Shown piece by piece: positions 10,810 through 19,635 of a DNA stretch of 64,000 nt. The position numbers were made by a program, and so were the translations under genes. How positions within the stretch are numbered: the first letter of the stretch is position 1; each line of letters starts with the position of its first letter. The stretch is taken from the UHGV virus genome UHGV-0091695. One strand, written 5' to 3'. Source of the DNA: a virus. The notes beneath the pieces were generated by a model. It saw only the letters and a list, made by a program, of their open reading frames with translations. It searched no databases and was not told the DNA's origin.

Positions 10810-11295
10810 TTACTCTTGTCCATAGCCTTTTGCTATTTCTATAGCTTGTAATAACTGTTTCTTAGTATATACTTCAAAGTATAATGACTTCTTTCCTGTA
10901 GTAGTTCGTACTTCATCAAGGTACTTTCTGAACAACTTTTTCTTTATATAAAAAATGTCGTTTTCTATGCCCTTAACCTCAATCCATACATCAATTCCAT
11001 TATATTCAAAATATATATCAGGAGTATATCTTATTGGCTGCACTATAGAGCTTTTCTCTACTAAAATCTTGGAGCTTCTAGGGTCTCTTTTATCCCTTTG
11101 TGAATCAGTTTCCTTATCATAGAATGGAGTAACAGATGTAAATCCCTCCCATACTACAAAAGTTCTTGGCTCATATTGAGGATGAAATCCCAGTTCAAGA
11201 AGAGTCTTATAAAGACTCTTCTCTAACTGAGATTTAAACGTGATTCCAAGAGAGTTAGTCTTGGTAGCACCCCTGATTTTCTTATTTCCTGCCAT
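10810..11295 (-). CDS. PD-(D/E)XK endonuclease (DUF1064 / T7 endonuclease I-like)
   Basis: FKSQLE...YTPDI...IEVKG. Confidence 0.75.
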   Translation of the reverse strand: MAGNKKIRGATKTNSLGITFKSQLEKSLYKTLLELGFHPQYEPRTFVVWEGFTSVTPFYDKETDSQRDKRDPRSSKILVEKSSIVQPIRYTPDIYFEYNGIDVWIEVKGIENDIFYIKKKLFRKYLDEVRTTTGKKSLYFEVYTKKQLLQAIEIAKGYGQE

Positions 11296-11809
11296 ACAAG
11301 TCCTGCAATGCTAGGGTCATGATTTTCTTAGCTGTAAGGGCATCATCAAGACTTCTGAAAGCAGCAAAGTTCCTGAAGTTCTTAATCTTGTGGAGTTCCT
11401 TAATCTGTTTGATTTCACCATCCAGAGTACTGATAACCCATACCTCCTTACTCTTGTTGATGTGGTCAGGGTACTTCTCATCAAGCATGATGGCAACCTC
11501 TTTCGATAGCACTAAAAATACAGCAGCAGGGCTAATCCTATAGAGATTATCTAAATACTTATCAAGGTTACTGCTATTCCAGCCTATTCTCTCTGCAAGA
11601 TGAACCACAGCTGCTGGAATATCAAAATCAACACCCTTGTCAGCACCTTCCTCTACTATTACACCTCGTTTGATAAGGTCAGGAATGGTCTTTTTTGAGA
11701 CAATAATCTCTTTCACAGGAACAGGAAGTCCAAGCATAGTTGCAACTTGAATGAGCTTGTCACCCATCTTCACTTCTTTACCAGTCTCTTTCAAAATCAA
11801 TTTACTCAT
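11282..11809 (-). CDS. Hypothetical protein
   Basis: ORF track; overlaps neighbours in operon fashion. Confidence 0.7.
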   Translation of the reverse strand: MSKLILKETGKEVKMGDKLIQVATMLGLPVPVKEIIVSKKTIPDLIKRGVIVEEGADKGVDFDIPAAVVHLAERIGWNSSNLDKYLDNLYRISPAAVFLVLSKEVAIMLDEKYPDHINKSKEVWVISTLDGEIKQIKELHKIKNFRNFAAFRSLDDALTAKKIMTLALQDLYGRK

Positions 11810-12488
11810 AATTTTCTTCTTTGTACCACTCTATAGTGGTGTTATACTTAGCTTTTAATAATCTATTAACCTCATAGAATACATCTGAAGGCATATCTTT
11901 GCCTATTCTTGCAAAGTAAGCTGGATGTTCTACTTCAAGCACATCATTGAATTTGCCTATATAAGGCTTGAATGTCTTGGCAGTACCTCCAAACAGTACA
12001 TAGATAATACCTGTATTAACCTCAGACATATTCTTCAATAGCTTTGAGATGAAAGGTCTCCATAACATAGTATGTGAGCCTACCTTATTCATCTCTACAG
12101 TGAGAGCAGAGTTAATCATTAAGATACCCTGCTTAGCCCATGACTCTAATGTGGGGTCAAAGGTAATAAAATTATGTGGTTTATGCAAGTCTATAACTGC
12201 ATCTCTAACAATCTTTAACGATGGAGACCAATCTTGCTCTTTAGTATCTGCACTATTCCCAAATAATATACCCGTAGCCACTCCTTTCTGTGGATAGGGG
12301 TCTTGACCTATGAATACCACCTTACAGTCACTATACTTGCATAAGCTGAAAGCCTTGAATACATTCTCTTGTTTAGGACATATAGGCTTCACCTTATATA
12401 TTCTACCCAATACTGTAAGTACTTTACTGAACTCTTTCATATCAAAGACATGAGCCCAGTCACCGAAGTACTCCTCAAATGTTACCAT
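11802..12488 (-). CDS. ung: Uracil-DNA glycosylase family 1
   Basis: KVVFIGQDPYP, PSL, WAKQGILMINSALTV and HPA motifs. Confidence 0.93.
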   Translation of the reverse strand: MVTFEEYFGDWAHVFDMKEFSKVLTVLGRIYKVKPICPKQENVFKAFSLCKYSDCKVVFIGQDPYPQKGVATGILFGNSADTKEQDWSPSLKIVRDAVIDLHKPHNFITFDPTLESWAKQGILMINSALTVEMNKVGSHTMLWRPFISKLLKNMSEVNTGIIYVLFGGTAKTFKPYIGKFNDVLEVEHPAYFARIGKDMPSDVFYEVNRLLKAKYNTTIEWYKEENYE

Positions 12489-12892
12489 TATCTATGATAC
12501 ACTCTCTTAGTACTCTAGAGATTATAAGCTGAGCATAGCTGGAGGTTACTATATGCTGGTTGAACCTATGATTATACCACTCTATAAACTCATTACTTAT
12601 GAGTATCATATAGTCAATATAAGACATAGCCAGCCCATAATTACTTAAACTTGAGCTTCCCTTTTTTTTTATGAGATAAGTGACAAAATCCTTCATATTA
12701 TCCCGAGTAAATCTTGTAGTGTACTGGATATATGGGCCTTTCATAGTAAAGGTATTTGTTCCACTAATCATGCCTGCTTTGTTACCTATCTTTTCAAGAT
12801 ACCTATAAGGAGTAAGCTGTAGCCTTTGAATCCTGAATAACCTTTTGAGATTGTGTCTTACTATTAATAATAGTTACTTTACGAGTTTCCAT
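12475..12892 (-). pseudogene. Probable deletion-fused gene remnants
   Basis: A 29-codon ORF (METRKVTIINSK..., 12803-12892) overlaps an out-of-frame open stretch (PYRYLEKIG...) that continues into ORF 12475-12771. Confidence 0.45.
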
Positions 12893-12944
12893 AATGTTAA
12901 AAACTTTTTTTGTTGTTAATACTTAAATTATTTGTTACCTGAAA

Positions 12945-13946
12945 TTAATCTCTTGCCTTAAATAAAGCCAATATCCTATCCCTAAATAATATAGGATTAT
13001 TAAGAACTTTAAAGAGGTCACTAATATCCTTTCCACCTTCAAACTTAGGTAACACAATATTAGTGAACCCAGTGGCTTCTGACAGCTTTCTACCATCTAA
13101 GATACCTGCTTCATCATTATCCAGAAGTATATAGATATGGCTATATCTTCTCTTGAGTTCACTAATAGCTGTATTACTCATACTATAACCCTCACCTTGA
13201 ATTGAAATAGCTGGTATTCCAGTCTGACAGCTTAAACAAAGAGCATCCTTTAGTGAAGAGCATATACATACCCTTTCACCATACTCAGGAATCTTTGTCC
13301 ATAAGCTAATCACTGATTTATCATGCTTATTAGCCCATTTCCATCTCTTGTCCTTTACTAAAGGTTGGTAGATTTTGAGGGTTATCCTGCCCTCTTTTCT
13401 TTCAACATAGGCATAAGCATATTTATCAGCAGTGAATACCATTCTTTTGCCTTCCTTTATGATTATCTTATGAGATATAGGATAAACATCAGCCCATTTT
13501 AGCCAAGGAAGTGTTATACCATAGCTCTTCCAGTAAGCAATATCATAATCTCTCCACTCTCTTATCCTACATTCCATTATACTATCAGAGTGACTGCACC
13601 TAATAGCATTAGTTCTTTTTAATTTTATAATATTTTTATCAGCATTGGAGAGCTTAGGTAAATCTTTCCATACTCTTTCAAGTACAGTTTTGTAATCCAC
13701 CTTCCAATAAGACATCAGTAAATCAAATATTCCTCCACCTTCTCCAGTAGAGTAATCTTTGTATCTTACCCTGCCACTTGATGATATGTAAAAACCAAAT
13801 GAAGGATGTCTGTCTTCTCTTAAAGGAGAGTTAACAGCCTCATAGAATCTAACATCACCAAAATAGTAGTACAGAATATCTAAATCTGATGTTACAGATA
13901 ATATATCTGTGACACTTATGCTTTGTTCTCCAATGCTGATAGCCAT
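12945..13946 (-). CDS. DNA primase (Zn-finger-like plus TOPRIM)
   Basis: SPLREDRHPSF, SSLKDAL, LDNDEAG and KDISD motifs. Confidence 0.9.
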   Translation of the reverse strand: MAISIGEQSISVTDILSVTSDLDILYYYFGDVRFYEAVNSPLREDRHPSFGFYISSSGRVRYKDYSTGEGGGIFDLLMSYWKVDYKTVLERVWKDLPKLSNADKNIIKLKRTNAIRCSHSDSIMECRIREWRDYDIAYWKSYGITLPWLKWADVYPISHKIIIKEGKRMVFTADKYAYAYVERKEGRITLKIYQPLVKDKRWKWANKHDKSVISLWTKIPEYGERVCICSSLKDALCLSCQTGIPAISIQGEGYSMSNTAISELKRRYSHIYILLDNDEAGILDGRKLSEATGFTNIVLPKFEGGKDISDLFKVLNNPILFRDRILALFKARD

Positions 13947-13960
13947 ATTATATCATTTAA

Positions 13961-14851
13961 TTATTTATTCCAACTGTCCCAAGGATTAGATGCTGCTTCA
14001 GCTACAGGGTCACTAGGCTTATTAAAGTCAGTGGACTCAACGGTATATTCATGCAAGGAAGCAATGCTGAACTCTGAGGTAGCAAGACTCCCCCTTGACT
14101 TATCTGCCTGTATAGAAGCATCTACCCTACTATAATTAGACTCACTGTTCCTAAGGAACATCTTATTATAGAAAGTCTGATACTGCTTTCCTTCATCAGT
14201 TGTCCTTACACCAAGGCAAACTTTAACTGCATAAGGAGCTACAGCAGGAATAATATCAGCAATTTCCTTGACATTACCACTGAGAAGAGCCTTTATATCA
14301 AGTGATACTTCACTATCACTCATATCAGTTTTGTCAAACCATTCCTTAGTGTCCCTATTATAGTTCATAGGATTTGGGATATTGAGCCAGGCTATCATAA
14401 AGTTGACAAGCTCCTCTTCTCCTATGCAAGCAGGCCTGTAATCAGCAGAAATGTGGGCCTTCTTACCATTGGAATACACAGGAATAGACTTAGCCTCCAC
14501 TTCTTCTTTAGTACCCCAAGCAGTCCTGCCATACTTATCTATGATTTGTATCTTGCCACTCTGGGAACCTACCCTAACTTCAGGCTGTAGCATAAAGCTA
14601 AAAGGTATAATAGTATTTATACCATTATTATCTTTAACTGTAGGGTCAGTTTTGGCATAGAATACTATTCTTACATAAGGTTTGCCATCTTGAGTGGTGC
14701 CCTTATATTCAGGCTCCTCTTCTATATCCCTACCCATAATCTTACTCAAAGTTTCCTTGGAAGGATTAACAGCAAGTATATTGAATGCTCCTATACCTGA
14801 ATACAATTTAAATGTCCCTTCCTCTGCTTTCTTTCCTATTTTAATTGCCAT
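13961..14851 (-). CDS. Putative single-stranded DNA-binding protein
   Basis: Position in replication module; LAVNPS motif; acidic/aromatic tail. Confidence 0.55.
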   Translation of the reverse strand: MAIKIGKKAEEGTFKLYSGIGAFNILAVNPSKETLSKIMGRDIEEEPEYKGTTQDGKPYVRIVFYAKTDPTVKDNNGINTIIPFSFMLQPEVRVGSQSGKIQIIDKYGRTAWGTKEEVEAKSIPVYSNGKKAHISADYRPACIGEEELVNFMIAWLNIPNPMNYNRDTKEWFDKTDMSDSEVSLDIKALLSGNVKEIADIIPAVAPYAVKVCLGVRTTDEGKQYQTFYNKMFLRNSESNYSRVDASIQADKSRGSLATSEFSIASLHEYTVESTDFNKPSDPVAEAASNPWDSWNK

Positions 14852-14892
14852 AATTATATAGTTTAAATTTGTTCACTTATTATATTTTTTAA

Positions 14893-15327
14893 TTAATCCA
14901 TAAAAGGTAGGTCACTAGGATCAGTACCATGTTCTATATTCTCAATAGCAGGAGCCTCTGTATCATCAGGTGTTTCTTCCTGTACATCAGCACCACCAAT
15001 AACTACCCCTTCATCACAGGGTACAGGAATCACAGTCTTAGGGTACTTCAGGTTATACTTGGTCTGCTTGATGGGCCTACCCTCCTTATCTACTTTACCA
15101 GTATTCTCAACTACCCTCTCAACCAAGTCCTCAGTAGTATAGCCACCAGTCATAGTCTTGATAGGTGCCTCATACTGCTCCTGCATAGTAGCCAGCTGGT
15201 CATACTCTGCCTGCAACTCGTCAATCTGAGCCTTAATCTTGTTCTTCTTAATCACCATAGAGGAGACACTCTGTGCTGTTCTCTTGATAGTTGCAATCTC
15301 AAACTTTGAAAATTCTTTCATATCCAA
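14893..15327 (-). CDS. Hypothetical coiled-coil protein with acidic tail (DLPF)
   Basis: ORF track. Confidence 0.7.
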   Translation of the reverse strand: MDMKEFSKFEIATIKRTAQSVSSMVIKKNKIKAQIDELQAEYDQLATMQEQYEAPIKTMTGGYTTEDLVERVVENTGKVDKEGRPIKQTKYNLKYPKTVIPVPCDEGVVIGGADVQEETPDDTEAPAIENIEHGTDPSDLPFMD

Positions 15328-15332
15328 TTTAA

Positions 15333-15620
15333 TTAAAAGATTAATATCACTTTTCTTTCTTGCCCCTGATTGTTTAGTGGATTAGGGGCACTCCACAATT
15401 TACAGATATTGAACTTCCTCTCATAGTACTCTGCTATAGCACCTGTTACACCATAAATAGGACCAGTAAGTGTGATATACTCAATAGCAGCATCTATTTT
15501 ACCCATTTCATAGCCTTTCTCCATAAGGTATATTCTAATTATATTTATCATATATTCTAAAGGAGGAGGATTAAATAAGTAAAAGCTCTTAAGTAAGGTG
15601 ATAATGCCCTCCCTATCCAT
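15333..15620 (-). CDS. Hypothetical protein
   Basis: ORF track. Confidence 0.6.
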   Translation of the reverse strand: MDREGIITLLKSFYLFNPPPLEYMINIIRIYLMEKGYEMGKIDAAIEYITLTGPIYGVTGAIAEYYERKFNICKLWSAPNPLNNQGQERKVILIF

Positions 15621-16338
15621 AGACTTCCCTTAACTTCTCATCTACAATGCTCAAGTCATTGGGGAACTCATCAGGAAGGTCATCCAACACACCAAGTGAA
15701 TCCTTAGCTGGAAATGTGCCATCAAAGTCCTTCACGAATACCTTTATGGCTTGGTGCTTCGATTCATCAAAGGTCTGCTTGCCATAAAGCATGATGTCAA
15801 ACTTACCTTGAGGAGTACAATACTCATTGACCATCTTGCCTGTGGTCTTCATTTGGTAAGTTACTTGACCATCATTGTCATTCACCTTCTCATAGTGGGC
15901 ACAGACATAGATATGCTTATTCTCAGGGAATCCCTTGAAAGCATCAAAGATAAGTCCCATACCATAACCAATCTCCTTAGGAGTCTGCCAACCACCTTTC
16001 ATGGCATTAGCCATGTAGTAGTCCTGCATCAAGTAATTGAAGTCATCAATCACTATGTTCCTATAAGGAGATTTCTTAAGGTTATCAATGAATTCTGCAA
16101 CCCTCTTGAACCTGTCAAGACCAGTAAGGAACTCAACATTCACCCTATTACCCTTAGCTATATCCTTTATATCAGCTGAAGGACACAGCTTATACTCAGG
16201 GTTAGGCACACCTCTACCAATACACTGGATAACATAGGTCTCTTTTGGGTTAAGACCCTTGATACCCAATTTCTTTCTACCTGCCCATGAAGTAGTTTTA
16301 CCAAAACCACTTGGGGCTAACACTAAAATTCTTGCCAT
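15613..16338 (-). CDS. AAA_24/Sak4-like P-loop ATPase
   Basis: Walker A APSGFGKT and Walker B IVIDD; start moved to MARIL because a promoter lies at 16358-16389. Confidence 0.85.
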   Translation of the reverse strand: MARILVLAPSGFGKTTSWAGRKKLGIKGLNPKETYVIQCIGRGVPNPEYKLCPSADIKDIAKGNRVNVEFLTGLDRFKRVAEFIDNLKKSPYRNIVIDDFNYLMQDYYMANAMKGGWQTPKEIGYGMGLIFDAFKGFPENKHIYVCAHYEKVNDNDGQVTYQMKTTGKMVNEYCTPQGKFDIMLYGKQTFDESKHQAIKVFVKDFDGTFPAKDSLGVLDDLPDEFPNDLSIVDEKLREVYG

Positions 16339-18627
16339 CTCTTCTTCAATTTTGCTGCAAAGGTACTCCATTTTGAGCATCTGTGCAAGCTTTTAACAGT
16401 TTTCTTTACATCTATTGAGGGCATAAGGAACACTGGATTGGCCCTTTGCCTTACCACTTGCTCTATATAGTTGAGCACTCTTTGAATCTCCCTCTTGTTG
16501 TCAGGAAGAGGTAATTCATTAAAGGAGCTGGTTTCACCATCAAAGAACAAAGGACATACCTGCCCACCAGCACCATTGTCCCTGTCCTCTATAACAAGGA
16601 GGAACCTGATGTTATTCTTAAATTTGGTAATGTCATAGTGCTCATAAGTTTCAAGACCATACTTGAAAGGACTGAACAGACCCAATACTAGGTTGGCATC
16701 CCTTGTAGTTGTTTTACAGTCTGCAAGGCCATCAGATGATGGATAGAGCTTATTGAGCTTTTGGTTTTCAATACCTTCTTGTGCTTGAGCCTGATGCTGG
16801 ATTGCACATATATGAAGGTCAAACTTGTCTCTTAGCTCAATGGAATACTTACTCATCTTCTCAATGGTTCCTCTCTTGTCAAGACCTTGTTCCTGATTTA
16901 AGTTTGAATAGTTATCCATTATGACAACAACATATTCATCCTTATCATCAGGCTCATAATAATCAATGACATCAACTTCCTTTGTGAGTCCATTATCATC
17001 CTTAATCTTGCCTTTCTTATAGTGGAACCTGCCTCTTTCAAGCATGAATGACCTTATCTTCTTATAGATTCCAGTAGGGTTCCTAATGTCATCTATATAA
17101 GTAACCATATCCTTGAACTTGGTTATATACTCTTGATACTTCTCACTCTTTATGAGTGTCAATATCTCTTCAGGACATGGCCTGTCAGCGTCAGTACTCT
17201 TGAGGTTGGTAGGACTTATCCTTATACCATCAAGCCTATACAGCAAGTGACATAGAAACTCATAGAACTTCTCTTCCTTACCCATCTCAAGAGTGAAGTA
17301 CAGCACCTTTGCCCTTAGTTGGTCAGGATGCTCTATCATATAAAAGAAAGGTTCATAAATGTACAGATAGTCTGCAAGTTTTGATTTACCTCATACCACT
17401 ATAGTTTTCACTACCAAGTAATTACTTGTTTGTGGTCTGGACTATGTCTTCATCCTAATATAGGATGCACCTGTATCTAGTCTCTAAGGCTGAATTTACT
17501 ATTGTATTCTTCACAGATAAATAGTAACCTATGCCTCCTCAAGTTAGCATATCTGTTTCCAGACTTAGCTTTCGAGGATATCCAGGTGTTATAATATAAC
17601 TAATTACTTAGTTACACGACAGTCTATATCTAATCATATATCTCTTCATGTATGGATAACCTGCCTTGAAAGCATGTCTAACTGCACTATAATTTTTACC
17701 TATACTATTACAGAATATCTTTAAGGAATCATATTCAATAGTAGTTCCCTCTATTATATCCTCTACAATTATAGGTTTATTAAAGTAACTATTATCCCTA
17801 GGAGTTTTTATATATGGGGATAGTCTATCTTTTTTAGTTAAAGACCAAAGAAAATCTCCTCCTTTCTTATATTTCCCCTCTAAGAACCTATTAATTGATG
17901 ACCTAGTTACCCCAGAAATATCAGAAGCTTCCTTTATACTTTTATACTCTCTTAGATAAGAACCATCAAGAGAATATTGGTATATAGGTTTTTCCTGATA
18001 TAATCTTATAGAGCCTTTAACTATACCTATTCTTCTAGATATAGACATTTTAACTCTGGATTCTTCTGGAAAACTTAGTCTTTCAACCTTTTGTATCATA
18101 TTATACCAAGGCTTGATACTATCAATATAATATTGTTCTCTAGATATTAAGTCACTTTCCTGACAAAATTCTAATATATAGTATTGAAAATTGTCTTCAC
18201 CATACTTGTTCCAGCCATTTTGAAGTTTTTTATTCTCATGAGAATTTTTTCTTAAAGTACTCCTATGAGACATTAATCTTCTATATAGGTTCTTTGAACT
18301 ACCTATATACTTCTTCTGGTTACAAATATTTATAATACAGTATATACCTGCTTTTCCCCACAGATTTCTTTTTATTTTATCCATACTTAATAGTTTTATG
18401 CAAAGTTACAAATATATAATTATAACTGCAATACTATTAGTAAGATACTTAGATTAGATAAGGGTTATCTTTTGGTTTGCAGTAATGATAGTGTACCTTC
18501 TCTTCTCAATACCAGGAAGCCATTTCCTGAGTCTTGGGAATGATAATGGAATACAGTTTATAAGCCCATCAAGTACCCTTTGCCTTCTTGTTATAAGTTT
18601 CTCTATTGACCTATCAAATACATCCAT
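16323..18627 (-). CDS. dnaB: DnaB-like replicative helicase, two exons (18467-18627 and 16323-17391), about 409 aa spliced
   Basis: Splicing restores Walker A ANQKIGKS; FTLEM, VIMDNY and SDGLAD...RDANLVLGL motifs in exon 2. Confidence 0.88.
16358..16389 (-). promoter_or_regulatory. Bacteroidetes sigma-type promoter inside the 3' end of the helicase gene
   Basis: CTTG-N20-TACCTTTG on the minus strand. Confidence 0.65.
17608..18384 (-). CDS. GIY-YIG homing endonuclease with NUMOD-type repeats (intron-encoded)
   Basis: GIYCI...KYIGSS...R...H...REQYYI and IYQYSLDG motifs. Confidence 0.93.
   Translation of the reverse strand: MDKIKRNLWGKAGIYCIINICNQKKYIGSSKNLYRRLMSHRSTLRKNSHENKKLQNGWNKYGEDNFQYYILEFCQESDLISREQYYIDSIKPWYNMIQKVERLSFPEESRVKMSISRRIGIVKGSIRLYQEKPIYQYSLDGSYLREYKSIKEASDISGVTRSSINRFLEGKYKKGGDFLWSLTKKDRLSPYIKTPRDNSYFNKPIIVEDIIEGTTIEYDSLKIFCNSIGKNYSAVRHAFKAGYPYMKRYMIRYRLSCN
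18401..18432 (-). promoter_or_regulatory. Intron-internal promoter for the GIY-YIG ORF
   Basis: ATTG-N20-TAACTTTG, 16 nt upstream of the ATG. Confidence 0.6.
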
Positions 18628-18628
18628 A

Positions 18629-19222
18629 TCAGTTCAAACTTGTTGTCCAATCACTGTTGGTGTGGTTCACCTGTCCAGTATTCTCAATCCAATCAGCAAG
18701 CATTGAGGATTGAATGATTTCACCATCCCTCCTCTCATCTTTCCATATAAAGTACTTTAACAACTTAAGATACATATAGTTACCATTGAATGAAGCAATA
18801 TATCTCTTGGTGGCATCTATTATCTGTTCATTAGTATAGTCAGTACCATACCTTCTGAAGAAAGACTTTAGCTTCTTTACAATATCTGCCTTGTTTCCCT
18901 TATAGTAATAAGAGGTTCCAGGTATTTTCCCACCTGGATATATCTCCCTTAACTCATCTGCTAATTTACTTATTTCATCTTCAAGACCCACTATTTGTTC
19001 TTCACTGTCAGATATAAGTTCCTCAGCCATGGAGCAACCTGCTTCTGTGCAGTGATACTTTTGGTTCAATGAATGTAATGTTCCATTAGCTTTTGAGATA
19101 AAGCCCTTCTTCACCAATGACTTATATGTATCATCAGTTGTTGATGAGATAGCAAGCAAAGCTATACCCTCACTAAACAGTAAACCATGCTTCTTACATG
19201 CTTTATCAGTCAGCTTTGCCAT
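18629..19222 (-). CDS. Putative replication initiator / helicase loader-type protein
   Basis: Immediately upstream of the helicase; winged-helix-like N-terminus and IIDATKRYI...LKYFI C-terminus. Confidence 0.5.
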   Translation of the reverse strand: MAKLTDKACKKHGLLFSEGIALLAISSTTDDTYKSLVKKGFISKANGTLHSLNQKYHCTEAGCSMAEELISDSEEQIVGLEDEISKLADELREIYPGGKIPGTSYYYKGNKADIVKKLKSFFRRYGTDYTNEQIIDATKRYIASFNGNYMYLKLLKYFIWKDERRDGEIIQSSMLADWIENTGQVNHTNSDWTTSLN

Positions 19223-19230
19223 ATTACCTC

Positions 19231-19635
19231 CTATTTAACCAATTCAACAACGTGGTCTATCTCAATATGTTCAGCCTCTGTACAGGCATGGCTTGTGATA
19301 GCACACTTAGCAGCAATAGTATAAAGAACCTTAGCACAGTCTTTCCATACTCTTGATGCAATCTTGAACATCTTGGCTTTAGCCCTGCTTTCAGCAATTC
19401 TCTTGCCAACAGTTTCATCAAAGGTGTCTAAAGTATTGCATCTTGCCTTAGCTCTGACAGTGAACTCTCCATCATACCCAATATTAGGGAACTTCTTTCC
19501 CCACATTGATGGATTTATTACCATCCATGCTGGATGCTTCTCAAGCTGCAAATCGCATTTAAGTTCACATATTACTACCTTGTTTTCCACATCTACATGG
19601 AAATTGGCGTTTGTAATCATTACTCTATTTTTCAT
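19231..19635 (-). CDS. Conserved hypothetical phage protein
   Basis: ARC..DTFDETVGKRIAESRA motif. Confidence 0.7.
   Translation of the reverse strand: MKNRVMITNANFHVDVENKVVICELKCDLQLEKHPAWMVINPSMWGKKFPNIGYDGEFTVRAKARCNTLDTFDETVGKRIAESRAKAKMFKIASRVWKDCAKVLYTIAAKCAITSHACTEAEHIEIDHVVELVK

Larger units (their letters stand above)
17392..18466 (-). mobile_element. Group I intron in the helicase Walker A motif
   Basis: Exon ends in U, intron ends in G; P3 ACCTG/CAGGT, R element AGAGACTA, P8 CATCCTA/TAGGATG, S element AAGACATAGTCC. Confidence 0.88.
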
